Assembly: GCA_950097015.1 (NCBI GenBank)
Contig: CATNEN010000033.1
Coordinates: forward strand, 2,418,001 to 2,482,000
Reading direction: 5' to 3'
DNA from: Macrostomum hystrix
Taxonomy: Eukaryota > Animalia > Platyhelminthes
Length of the DNA: 64,000 bases
The notes beneath the pieces were generated by a model. It saw only the letters and a program-made list of their open reading frames with translations. It was not told the origin of the DNA and made no database searches. A program made the position numbers and the translations under genes. Positions 33,792-46,226 of this stretch are shown here, in pieces. Numbering within the stretch: position 1 is the first letter of the stretch; every line of letters starts with the position of its first letter.

Positions 33792-34509
33792 CCCGCTAGC
33801 TTTTTATCCTTTCGTTTGTGTTTGGGAATCAGATGTGAACGTTTTCCTTACTGCACTACTCACAGAGGGCGGAGAGGTAGTATGAGATGTGCTTGCTTTT
33901 CGCATAAGAAATCCAGCTGCAGAATTGAGTATAAAGTTTGAGATCGGCAAATTTCCTTTATTTTCTAATTCTTATGTACTCGTAAATGGACTGAGAATAT
34001 ACGCTAGGAATATTTCAGTGTGTAAGCGTATGTTCAATGTACATTTTTCACAGCTGTGTTTTGCAAATTTTTAAATCTCTATTTATTACTTAAGATATAA
34101 TAAAATATAATATCGGTCTGATTACCACTCAGCCCAATAGCATGAGAACACTGCTCAAACTTATATTTGTACCCTGGCTGTATTGTCAACAAAAGTGCTT
34201 ATTATTAAATAATTCTTCATAACAAGACACCTTATGAAATCGGACGATAAAATGTTGTCACGGAATTAATTATTGACAGTCACAGCGGTCCTCAAGGCAG
34301 CCCTGCGGCTACTCATGAGAGCTAGCTGCACAAAATGACAGTCCTGCATAATGAGATGCAGACAGATAAACTCGCTGCTGGCTTCATGGGACACGCAGCC
34401 TCGCGTCGTTGAAGTACACTAGACAACTGAAACTATGCAACTAATGACACTTAAATGACAGACAGTCTACTTTCAGGCGGCTAGTTGCAGATCTACCAAT
34501 TACGGACAG

Positions 34510-36055
34510 TAAAATGACAGACAGCCAAACAACAGACAATCAAATTACAGACAGTCAAATTACAGACAGTCAAATTACAGACAGTCAAGTTACAGACAGT
34601 CAAATTACAGACAGTCAAATTACAGACAGTCAAATTACAGACAGTCAAATTACAGACAGTCAAGTTACAGACAGTCAAGTTACAGACAGTCAAGTTACAG
34701 ACAATCAAGTTACAGACAGTCAAGTTACAGACAGTCAAATTACAACAGTCAAGTTACAGACAGTCAAATTACAACAGTCAAGTTACAGACAGTCAAATTA
34801 CAGACAGTCAAGTTACAGACAGTCAAGTTACAGACAATCGAATTACAGACAGTCAAGTTACAGACAGTCAAATTACAGACAGTCAAGTTACAGACAGTCA
34901 AGTTACAGACAGTCAAATTACAGACAGTCAAGTTACAGACAGTCAAGTTACAGACAGTCAAATTACAGACAGTCAAATTACAGACAGTCAAGTTACAGAC
35001 AGTCAAATTACAGACAGGCCGATTTCATACAGTTAAATGACAGACTGTTAAATTACAGACAGTCAAGTTATAGACAGTCAAATTACAGACAGTCAAATAC
35101 AGACAGTCAAATTACAACAGTCGAATTACAGACAGTCAAGTTACAGACAGTCAAATTACAGACAGTCAAGTTACAGACAGTCAAGTTACAGACAGTCAAA
35201 TTACAGACAGTCAAGTTACAGACAGTCAAGTTACAGACAGTCAAGTTACAGACAGTCAAATTACAGACAGTCAAGTTACAGACAGTCAAATTACAGACAG
35301 TCAAGTTACAGACAGTCAAGTTACAGACAGTCAAATTACAGACAGTCAAGTTACAGACAGTCAAGTTACAGACAGTCAAATTACAGACAGTCAAATTACA
35401 GACAGTCAAGTTACAGACAGTCAAATTACAGACAGGCCGATTTCATACAGTTAAATGACAGACTGTTAAATTACAGACAGTCAAGTTACAGACAGTCAAA
35501 TTACAGACAATCAAATTACAGACAGTCAAGTTACAGACAATCGAATTACAGACAGTCAAGTTACAGACAGTCAAATTACAGACAGTCAAGTTACAGACAG
35601 TCAAGTTACAGACAGTCAAATTACAGACAGTCAAGTTACAGACAGTCAAATTACAGACAGTCAAGTTACAGACAATCAAGTCACAGACAGTCAAGTTACA
35701 GACAGTCAAATTACAGACAGTCAAATTACAGACAGTCAAATTACAGACAGTCAAGTTACAGACAGTCAAGTTACAGACAGTCAAGTTACAGACAGTCAAA
35801 TTACAGACAGTCAAATTACAGACAGTCAAATTACAGACAGTCAAGTTACAGACAATCAAGTCACAGACAGTCAAGTTACAGACAGTCAAATTACAGACAG
35901 TCAAATTACAGACAGTCAAATTACAGACAGTCAAGTTACAGACAGTCAAGTTACAGACAGTCAAGTTACAGACAGTCAAATTACAGACAGTCAAATTACA
36001 GACAATCAAGTTACAGACAGTCAAGTTACAGACAGTCAAGTTACAGACAGTCAAA
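34510..36055. repeat. 15-bp minisatellite (CAGACAGTCAA[A/G]TTA)n, about 100 copies
   Basis: Period of 15, with a duplicated interruption at about 35011 and 35429. Confidence 0.97.
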
Positions 36056-36623
36056 TGAGGAAATGATTCAGTCAAATCATTTGAAGTTAAACCAAATCAT
36101 CATTCAGTCAAAGCAGTCAAATAAAAGATGGTGAAATGATCGACAGTCACGTGACAGGCATAATGAGATACCATGACGAAGTGACAGACACAAGTATAAT
36201 AGAAAAAACGCAAAAATCTTAAAATACGCCAAGTGTTACCCCAAATTTTGTGAAAGCACACCAAGCAGTCATTTATTATGCGAGCTGAGCAATGCACTTA
36301 TGAAAATGAGTACAATTTATTAAGTTGTGGATTGTATTGGGACAGGCATTGAGTTGAGCTGGCAAATGAAATCAGCGTCAGGGGCAGCTCCGGCATCACA
36401 CAGAAGGTCTGTCAGATTTCATTAGGAAGATTTCATTGGTACAGACTGTTTCCTTGCTATCTACTGCATTCTCTTTGGGTTTCCTATAGCAGAACAAGAC
36501 TCACTTTGTGGAAGAACTTTTATTAGTGTGAGAGATTACATTGAGTGATATGAATGGGCAGTTGAGAAAGTTCCCATGATGTTACCACACTCGGATTCCA
36601 CACTGTTGAGCAGGGCGCGCAGC

Positions 36624-36885
36624 TCAGTGGGAGTCGACGCCCCAGGCCGGTCGTAGCCAGCCGGCACCGCCGCAATGCGCCAGTGACAGGGACCTGACCA
36701 CGCTGGGGCCGTGCAGGTGCTGATGTCGGTGATTGTGCAGGTGATGCAGCCTGTCAGCCTCGCGCCGCCAGAGAGCCATGGCAGCCGGGTCCTGCGACTG
36801 GAACTGCAGAGCTGCCGACACTCGACGGGACACGAGGGCGTCAATGGCTGCCGCTGTGCTGGCATCTTGCGAGCTTCCTGGCTGT

Positions 36886-36932
<47 letters not shown>

Positions 36933-37281
36933 TTGTTGTTGCTGTCTTGCAGCGATGGCACCGCCGCCGACGCTACCGCCGCCGCCAGCCGACTGCAGGA
37001 AGCATTGGTTGGCGCACAGACCAAGGCAGGCCAGCAGCTGGAGGCAGCCGGCCAAGAGGAGGGCGCGCGAGGAGCCGGTGGCGAGTCCGGCTGCTGCTAG
37101 GCATGCCAGACCTGCGACACCCATGCCGACACAGACGGTGCGGTACGCCCCAGCCACGGCTGCCCGGCACAGCCGCGACCAGCGCCGCCGCCTCCGCCCA
37201 CGTCGCCGCTGGACGCGCCAGGGAAATTCACCTCCTTCCTCAAAGTCATTGGCAACGGCCGAGTCGCCTTCGTTCTGAATG
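36624..37281 (-). CDS. Orphan two-TM, polyQ-containing protein, exon 2
   Basis: cccgcag acceptor in phase 2; two hydrophobic segments; Q tract; GC-rich codon style. The C-terminus is uncertain because an alternative frame to 36536 also looks protein-like. Confidence 0.55.
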
Positions 37282-37309
37282 CTGCGGGTTCGAATTCGGT
37301 AAAATCCTT

Positions 37310-38590
37310 TCATCCTCCATTCCATCCTCCCTCCCTTCCTCCCCTCCTTCATTCCCTCCTCCCTTCCTTCATTCCTTCCTCCCTTCATTCCTTCCTCTTT
37401 CATTCCTTCTTCCCTTCCTTCCTTCCTTCCTCCCTTCCTCCCTTCATTCCTTCGTTCCTTCCTCCCTTCCACCCTTCATTCCTTCCTTCATTCCTTCCTT
37501 CATTCCTTCCTTCATTCCTTCCTTCCTCCCTTCCTCCCTTCCTCCCTTCATTCCTTCCTTCATTCCTTCCTTCCTCCCTTCCTTCCTTCCTCCCTTCCTT
37601 CATTCCCTCCTCCCTTCATTCCTTCCTCCCTTCCTTCCTTCCTTCCTTCATTCCTTCCTCCCTTCCTTCATTCCTTCCTCCCTTCATTCCTTCCTTCCTT
37701 CCTTCCTTCCTCCCTTCCTTCATTCCTTCCTCCCTTCATTCCTTCCTTCCTTCCTTCCTTCTTCCCTTCCTTCCTTCCTTCCTCCCTTCATTCCTTCGTT
37801 CCTTCCTCCCTTCCACCCTTCATTCCTTCCTTCATTCCTTCCTTCATTCCTTCCTTCATTCCTTCCTTCCTCCCTTCCTCCCTTCCTCCCTTCATTCCTT
37901 CCTCCCTTCATTCCTTCCTTCCTTCCTTCCTTCTTCCCTTCCTTCCTTCCTTCCTCCCTTAATTCCTTCGTTCCTTCCTCCCTTCCACCCTTCATTCCTT
38001 CCTTCATTCCTCCCTTCCTTCCTTCCTCCCTTCCTTCATTCCCTCCTCCCTTCATTCCTTCCTCCCTTCCTTCCTTCCTTCATTCCTTCCTTCCTTCCTT
38101 CCTTCCTCCCTTCATTCCTTCATTCCTTCCTCCCTTCCTCCCTTCATTCCTTCCTCCCTTCCTTCATTCCATCCTCCCTTCATTCCTTCCTTCCTTCCTC
38201 CCTTCCTCCCTTCATTCCTTCCTCCCTTCCTTCATTCCATCCTCCCTTCATTCCTTCCTTCCTTCCTTCCTTCCTCCCTTCATTCCTTCCTCCCTTCCTT
38301 CATTCCATCCTCCCTTCATTCCTTCCTTCCTTCCTTCCTTCCTCCCTCCCTTCCTTCCTTCCTCCCTTCATTCCTTCCTTCATTCCTTCCTTCCTCCCTT
38401 CCTTCCTTCCTCCCTTCCTTCATTCCATCCTCCCTTCATTCCTTCCTTCCTTCCTTCCTCCCTTCATTCCTTCATTCCTTCCTCCCTTCCTCCCTTCATT
38501 CCTTCCTTTCTCCCTTCATTCCTCCCTTCCTCCCTTCATTCCTTCCTTTCTCCCTTCATTCCTTCCTTCCTTCCCTCTTTTTCCCTCTTT
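37310..38590. repeat. 1.3-kb polypyrimidine (TTCC/TCC/ATTCC) microsatellite forming almost the whole intron
   Basis: Plus strand is nearly all C and T with sporadic A. Confidence 0.97.
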
Positions 38591-38613
38591 CAGTCAAGTC
38601 AGAGTTGACCCAC

Positions 38614-38957
38614 CTGTGTGCCGGACTCGCCCCCCCATTCCCACCGCGCCGACTGCCGTTGTTCTTCCTGACCCTCCTGAGGCAGCCTCCGCACTCGACT
38701 AGGCTCTGCGGAACTCGCAGCCCACCGTCGGCGCCATCGCCGCCACGACCCCGTCTTTGCAGGCGGTCTTTTAGACGCTGCCGGCGCCTCTCGCGCAGCA
38801 CGGCTCGCTGATGCTTTCGCTCCAGCCTTCGCAGCTCCGCCGGCGGGAGCAGCAGCGTCGGTCGCGACGGCGGCCGTTCCTCTTCTTCGCCAATGCTGTC
38901 GGCGGCTGGTTCAACAGTCTCGGCGAGATCCTTCAGCTGCGGCTGCGGTATCTCCAT
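38614..38957 (-). CDS. Orphan two-TM protein, exon 1 (Arg/Glu-rich, MEIPQPQLKD...)
   Basis: ATG 2 nt after ctgcag; cacag|gtgggt donor in phase 2. Joined CDS is 1002 nt, 333 aa. Confidence 0.55.
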
Positions 38958-39479
38958 GTCTGCAGCGCTACTCCTGACTGGCTTTGCTCAGAGAAATGAA
39001 TAAACAGACCGCGCACTCTCTTATTACGGCGGGCCCAAGCCCTCTTCCCCTTCCGTCCCTTTCTCTCATGCGCCAAAGAATTAATTCTTCAACCTCCCCA
39101 TTCTCTGCAGGCCAATCAATAAGCCCGGGCGCCAAGGCCGGGCCCTCAATCAGGAGGGGGCGCGCGACACCTCCCAGGGCCGGATCAGTTGCCTGTCTAA
39201 CTAGCTGCCGAGACTGTCTCCAATTCCGCAGCGGGTATTCCACTTCCAGCTCCGCCTGATCTGTGTCGGCCCCAGCATCGAGCTTGAGTAAAGTGCTCCA
39301 GCTAGGCTGCACTGACTCTCAAGGGAGGCTTCGGGTCCCAATGCGTGGACATTTTCTAGGCTCACTGTCGAGGCAACGGCCTCTATGTCTCATTTACTTT
39401 CGTTCTGTGCTCAGAAATTTTTAAGCGTGACCCCTTGAGGTCAATTAATGTAAGGGCAGCTTCTAGATAGATGGCGATG

Positions 39480-42190
39480 AATATCCTCACGCTTCCCACA
39501 CCAATCCTCACGCTTCTACTCGTACAACCTATCCTCACACTTCTACCACCAATCCTCACTCTTCTACCACCAATCCTCACGCTTCTCATACCATTCCTCA
39601 TGGTTCTACCACCAATCCTCACACTTCTACTCGTACAACCTATCCTCACGCTTCTACTCGTACAACCTATCCTCACACTTCTACCACCAATCCTCACACT
39701 TCTACTCGTACAACCTATCCTCACGCTTCTACTCGTACAACCTATCCTCACACTTCTACCACCAATCCTCACACTTCTACCACCAATCCTCACACTTCTA
39801 CCACCAATCCTCACGCTTCTACCACCAATCCTCACACTTCTACCACCAATCCTCACACTTCTACCACCAATCCTCACGCTTCTACCACCAATCCTCACAC
39901 TTCTACTCGTACAACCTATCCTCACGCTTCTACTCGTACAACCTATCCTCACACTTCTACCACCAATCCTCACACTTCTACCACCAATCCTCACACTTCT
40001 ACCACCAATCCTCACGCTTCTACCACCAATCCTCACACTTCTACCACCAATCCTCACGCTTCTACTCGTACAACCTATCCTCACACTTCTACCACCAATC
40101 CTCACTCTTCTACCACCAATCCTCACGCTTCTCATACCATTCCTCATGCTTCTCACACCATTCTTCAGGCTTCTCACACTAATACTCATATTTCTCACAC
40201 CATTCCTCACGCTTCTCACACTAATCCTCACGCTTCACGCACCACTCGTCAGGCTTCTCACACAAATTCTCAGGATTCTCACACAAATTCTCAGGATTCT
40301 CACACCAATTCTTAGGATTCTCACACCAATTCTCAGGATTCTCACACAAATTCTCAGGATTCTCATACCAATTCTTAGGATTCTCACACAAATTCTTAGG
40401 ATTCTCACACCAATTCTCAGGATTCTCACACCAATTCTCAGGATTCTCACACCAATTCTTAGGATTCTCACACCAATTCTCAGGATTCTCACACCAATTC
40501 TTAGGATTCTCACACCAATTCTCAGGATTCTCACACAAACTCTCAGGATTCTCACACCAATTCTCAGGATTCTCACACCAATTCTCAGGATTCTCACACC
40601 AATTCTCAGGATTCTCACACCAATTCTCAGGATTCTCACACCAATTCTCAGGATTCTCACACCAATTCTTAGGATTCTCACACAAATTCTTAGGATTCTC
40701 ACACTAATTCTCAGGATTCTCACACAAATTCTTAGGATTCTCACACAAATTCTTAGGATTCTCACACCAATTCTCAGGATTCTCACACAAATTCTTAGGA
40801 TTCTCACACTAATTCTTAGGATTCTCACACAAATTCTCAGGATTCTCACACAAATTATCAGGATTCTCACACCAATTCTTAGGATTCTCACACAAATTCT
40901 TAGGATTCTCACACAAATTCTTAGGATTCTCACACCAATTCTCAGGATTCTCATACCAATTCTTAGGATTCTCACACAAATTCTTAGGATTCTCACACTA
41001 ATTCTCAGGATTCTCACACAAATTCTCTGGATTCTCACACAAATTCTCAGGATTCTCACACAAATTCTCAGGATTCTCACACAAACTCTCAGGATTCTCA
41101 CACAAATTCTCAGGATTCTCACACAAACTCTCAGGATTCTCACACAAACTCTCAGGATTCTCACACAAACTCTCAGGATTCTCACACAAATTCTCAGGAT
41201 TCTCACACAAATTCTCAGGATTCTCACACAAACTCTCAGGATTCTCACACAAACTCTCAGGATTCTCACACAAATTCTCAGGATTCTCACACAAACTCTC
41301 AGGATTCTCACACAAATTCTCAGGATTCTCTCACAAATTCTCTGGATTCTCACACCAATTCTCAGGATTCTCACACAAATTCTTAGGATTCTCACACCAA
41401 TTCTTTGGATTCTCACACAAACTCTCTGGATTCTCACACAAATTCTCAGGATTCTCACACCAATTCTCAGGATTCTCACACAAATTCTTAGGATTCTCAC
41501 ACTAATTCTCAGGATTCTCACACAAACTCTCTGGATTCTCACACAAATTCTCAGGATTCTCACACCAATTCTTAGGATTCTCACACAAACTCTCAGGATT
41601 CTCACACAAATTCTCAGGATTCTCACACCAATTATCAGGATTCTCACACCAATTCTCAGGATTCTCACACCAATTATCAGGATTCTCACACCAATTATCA
41701 GGATTCTCACACCAATTATCAGGATTCTCACACAAATTCTCAGGATTCTCACACAAATTCTCAGGATTCTCACACAAATTCTCAGGATTCTCACACAAAT
41801 TCTCAGGATTCTCACACAAATTCTCAGGATTCTCACACAAATTCTTAGGATTCTCACACAAATTCTTAGGATTCTCACACAAATTCTCAGGATTCTCACA
41901 CAAATTCTCAGGATTCTCACACAAATTCTCAGGATTCTCACACAAATTCTCAGGATTCTCTCACAAATTCTCAGGATTCTCACACAAATTCTCTGGAGTC
42001 TCACACAAATTCTCAAGATTCTCACACAAATTCTCAGGATTCTCACACAAATTCTCAGGATTCTCACACTAATCCTCACGCTTCACGCACCACTCGTCAG
42101 GATTCTCACACAAATTCTCAGGATTCTCACACAAACTCTCTGGATTCTCCAACCATTCTCCAACCTCACGTATCTCACACTCTTCTACTC
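39480..42190. repeat. Composite 21/27-bp minisatellite (TCCTCACACTTCTACCACCAA then TTCTCAGGATTCTCACACAAA)
   Basis: Two sub-arrays; units are multiples of 3, which gives stop-free ORFs on both strands. Confidence 0.97.
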
Positions 42191-42712
42191 ATACATTTCG
42201 CACTAATCCTCATGCTTCTGAGACTAAATCTGCTGCTTTCCCACCAGGCTCCTCAATTTAATCTCGCGCCAGTTTGCCTGCTGATCTCTCTGTCTGTATC
42301 TGTGGACCCACTGCAGGCCGCATATCAGCATATGCAAATTGCACTGCAGTGTTTCTGCCGCATACAGATGGGCTACTAATATAATAGGCCAGGGCTTTCC
42401 CGTTGCTGCTTTTTTACATCCTCTTTGACAGCAAGGCCTTCCATACCCTCTTCGATTACTGCTATTGAACCTATCTATACCGGCTTTTCAGTTTTCTAAT
42501 AATATGCACGCAAGCTACTTGTCAGTAGAAATTTACGATTTGACTACAATGAGAGTGGTGGGCTTTTAGACCTGTGGCCGGAGCTTCGAGAGGTCGGGGG
42601 TTCGAATCTTAACCAAAAAGGAACTAATTTTGTCCTCGATCAAGACACAATTCCAGATGGTTTGAGTTCGCGCCAGCTGTAAAGTTGGTGCCAGCGTCAA
42701 CTCAAACTTCAA

Positions 42713-43060
42713 ATTGCAGGAAGGCTGCGGGCAATAGCACATCGTTTTGGTGACACTAGACCCGCAGCCAGCGAGGAGGCAATTCTGCCCATTTCGTTGC
42801 GTGAGCACACACGCACACAGATACCGTACGCAGGCACACGCTCACGCAGGTGTGTACATCTGCCCTGACTTTCTCATCCTCAGGCACAAGGCACAGTGAG
42901 AGTCCTTGGAGGTTGGCCCTCAAGGACGTAAATTGCACGACAAGCCACCAAGCCTTCTCACCGCGGCTGCGCCCCAAATGAATGCGGCCTCGCCGCTGAA
43001 TCGAGCTCAGGGACCGTGGTGCGAGAGGCAAACACTTTAGACCGCTCTGCCACTCACCCC
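42713..43060 (-). mobile_element. tRNA-derived SINE-like family A, copy 2 (best preserved)
   Basis: Minus-strand head GGGGTGAGTGGCAGAGCGGTCTAAAG with A-box TGGCAGAGCGG and B-box-like GAGCTCGATTC; body homologous to 52920-53210. Confidence 0.7.
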
Positions 43061-43844
43061 TCCTCCCCAATCGGAAATTCAAATGGGTGTTGTGGCCACC
43101 ACGCAATGATGAGACATTCAATTTGGACACTTATATTCTAGAAAGAATAGAAAATACGGATTTCATTTAATGAAATGAGTGCGATTGCAAGGGCCAATCA
43201 GGGCGCGTCTCAGATTGCACATTAATCCCATTAGTTTCCAGGCCAATGGCCAATGCAGCAGCGAACATAAAAGCACAATAGAACTGTCTAATCGACCCGC
43301 AGCATGGGCTGGCAGAGCGCATTTCTAGGAAAGTTTTTCTTCCGCAGCGGAAGCAATTGATGCCTCCAGCGTTGGTGATTGTCGGTGACCGCCGCAACGT
43401 CACAGAGGTTCTGCCCAGCCACCGAGGTGTGTCAGCAACGCCAGCACTGGACGAGGATCTGGGATCTTCTAGTGAGTTGTGCCAACATTCGACAAAAAAC
43501 TTTCCATTTTCCATTTGGGCCCAGAGTACTGTTGATGCCTGTAGCGCAGCCTGCCAACATCCGGACTGGCACCCGGCCTTCCAGCTGGAGCGGTCTCTGT
43601 TTACGCGTTTCGGCGCATTGAACCCGCTTGAATTTCGCTCACCCCCCACAGGAAGCAATTGTGCCCAGAAGCTGCACGGCAGTCACCCATAAATTTCCTC
43701 ATCTGTTCCTCTCTGACAAGTCCCAAAAATTACACGCGTGCGCCACTCGGACGTGCTTGAGGGGGGATAAGTCAAAAAGCTGCGCGGGGCGCTGATCCCG
43801 CTACGGATTCTAGGAAAAGAGGAAAATGTAAAAAAACCGAAAGA

Positions 43845-43857
43845 ATGGAAGAGGAAG
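43845..43857 (+). CDS. Putative 13-nt first coding exon (MEEE) of an orphan single-TM protein
   Basis: ATG GAA GAG GAA G|gtgagg; phase 1 fits the acceptor at 44952. Confidence 0.35.
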
Positions 43858-44368
43858 GTGAGGCACTCGTGCTACCTTGGGCGCCCAGTCTGGCCCGTCC
43901 AGGATCAAGATTGCGGACCATCGTTGCCGCAGCAGAAGCGGCGAACCCCCACCGGCGCTACTAGCTAAAACTGCCCCTTAAAGTCCGGGCTGCTGCAGCT
44001 TTTCCTTTATTCTGTTCTTCAGCTGAAGATCATTCCTCTTGTGCTACAGTCTGGCAGGATGAAATGATTAAAGACTGATCAACGGAGGTTGCGCCTGTTG
44101 GACATGCAGCAATAAAAGGCTATAAATTTCTGGTCGGGTGGGGCCCAAATTCAAGGTCCATAAAAAACGGCTTGCATCACAGACTAGAAAGTAAAATTCA
44201 TTAAGAGAATTCAAGCCAGATCAGATAGTTGCTACTGACAGAACTGAGGTAGGTTGCATCCCAGGAGACGTCTGTAGTTCGTACCATGCAATCCCAGTGA
44301 AAACATTCATCCTTTAGCAAGGCACTTAATTGCTTCAGTTTACCCAGAAAATTGCAAAAAGTGGCGCC

Positions 44369-44764
44369 CTCCCCCTGTCTATGGACATCCGGGTTTTATC
44401 AAGCTGTTTGATCTCCCCCTGTCTATGGACATCCGGGTTTTATCAAGCTGTTTGATCTCCCCCTGTCTATGGACATCCGGGTTTTATCAAGCTGTTTGAT
44501 CTCCCCCTGTCTATGGACATCCGGGTTTTATCAAGCTGTTTGATCTCCCCCTGTCTATGGACATCCGGGTTTTATCAAGCTGTTTGATCTCCCCCTGTCT
44601 ATGGACATCCGGGTTTTATCAAGCTGTTTGATCTCCCCCTGTCTATGGACATCCGGGTTTTATCAAGCTGTTTGATCTCCCCCTGTCTATGGACATCCGG
44701 GTTTTATCAAGCTGTTTGATCTCCCCCTGTCTATGGACATCCGGGTTTTACCAAGCTGTTTGAT
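44369..44764. repeat. 44-bp minisatellite x9 (CTCCCCCTGTCTATGGACATCCGGGTTTTATCAAGCTGTTTGAT)
   Basis: Near-identical head-to-tail units with no spacers. Confidence 0.97.
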
Positions 44765-44952
44765 GGTCGAAGTTAAAAACAGAAAACTCTCGTCAGTCGA
44801 TGGGTAAAATGCCATTATTAGAAAAAAACTAAGAAAGATTAACATTTATTAAAGATTTTCGCTGCTTTCAACTACTTCTACTACTAGTAGTGTAATTAGG
44901 AAAATGTTTCCAAAAAGAAAAAACCACAAAATCTGCTTTAAATCAACTCCAG

Positions 44953-45323
44953 TGACATCCTCCGCAGCGCCAGACGAAGATCACCAGCGCTGGACAGCCG
45001 TGGACGGCGTTCTGTTCTGCCTGGTGCTGGCGTGCTGGTGCCTGGCCATGGCTAGGTTTCTGCACAAACTGGACGGCCTGCGGGTGGGCAGGCCCGTTAG
45101 CCGGGGCGGCGGCGGTGGCGGCGGAGGCGGAGCAGTCGACGCTACCTCCGAGGCGGTGTTGTACAGGACCTACGCCGAGAACTCTCGAATGTCCGCGTAT
45201 CTGGCGGAGAGACAGGCCCGGGTGGCCAGCCTCAGGCGAATGTACGACAGGCAGGAGGCCGGGGCAGCAGCGGAGGCTGGCGCGGCTTCGTCCAGCCTAG
45301 AAGCCGGTGACACAAGCTCGTGA
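44953..45323 (+). CDS. Orphan single-pass membrane protein, main exon (about 127 aa with exon 1)
   Basis: ctccag acceptor; TM segment VDGVLFCLVLACWCLAM; GC-rich coding-like composition; TGA. Confidence 0.55.
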
Positions 45324-45454
45324 AGCTGCAGGTCATCATTAACTCACGGATGAACACATTGTCTTTCAGTTCTCAATAGCTATGCTCAGCTCATAATTTT
45401 GCGCTCACAAATAAAACACAGCAGCAGGTGGGCAACTCGCGACTTTTAAAACTG

Positions 45455-46226
45455 ACTTGGGCTGTCTGAAATCAGTGACTTGGACTGTCTGGAGTCAGTG
45501 ACTTGGACTGTCTGGAGTCAGTGACTTGGACTGTCTGGAGTCAGTGACTTGGACTGTCCGAAATCAGTGACTTGGACTGTCTGAAATCAGTGACTTGGAC
45601 TGTCTGGAGTCAGTGACTTGGACTGTCTGGAGTCAGTGACTTGGACTGTCTGGAGTCAGTGACTTGGACTGTCTGGAGTCAGTGACTTGGACTGTCTGGA
45701 GTCAGTGACTTGGACTGTCTGGAGTCAGTGACTTGGACTGTCTGGAGTCAGTGACTTGGACTGTCTGGAGTCAGTGACTTGGACTGTCTGGAGTCAGTGA
45801 CTTGTTGTCTGGAGTCAGTGACTTGGTGTCTGGAGTCAGTGACTTGGTGTCTGGAGTCAGTGACTTGGTGTCTGGAATCAGTGACTTGGTGTCTGGAGTC
45901 AGTGACTTGGACTGTCTGGAGTCAGTGACTTGGACTGTCTGGAGTCAGTGACTTGGACTGTCTGGAGTCAGTGACTTGGACTGTCTGGAGTCAGTGACTT
46001 GGTGTCTGGAATCAGTGACTTGGTGTCTGGAGTCAGTGACTTGGACTGTCTGGAATCAGTGACTTGGACTGTCTGGAGTCAGTGAATTGGACTGTCTGGA
46101 GTCAGTGACTTGGACTGTCTGGAGTCAGTGACTTGGACTGTCTGGACTCAGTGAATTGGACTGTCTGGAATCAGTGACTTGGACTGTCTGGAGTCAGTGA
46201 CTTGGACTGTCTGGAGTCAGTGACTT
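45455..46226. repeat. 23-bp minisatellite (GAGTCAGTGACTTGGACTGTCTG)n
   Basis: Period of 23 with some 21-bp variants; internal palindrome AGTCA-G-TGACT. Confidence 0.95.

Noticed and set aside
34493-36075. TVCNL, QITDS and LQTVK ORFs
   Set aside because: 15-bp satellite artefacts.
36884-38608. 574-aa plus-strand Pro/Ser/Phe ORF
   Set aside because: Translation of a TTCC microsatellite, antisense to a better-supported spliced gene.
39383-42206. 911-, 614- and 282-aa ORFs as real proteins
   Set aside because: Products of stop-free 21/27-bp repeats, open on both strands, with no domain content.
43000-43060. Functional tRNA gene
   Set aside because: A- and B-boxes are present, but there is no complete cloverleaf or T-run terminator, and it continues into a body shared with other dispersed copies.
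44369-44764. CRISPR-like array (44-bp near-identical repeats with a palindrome)
   Set aside because: Units are contiguous with no unique spacers, there are no cas genes, and the context is a eukaryotic intron.
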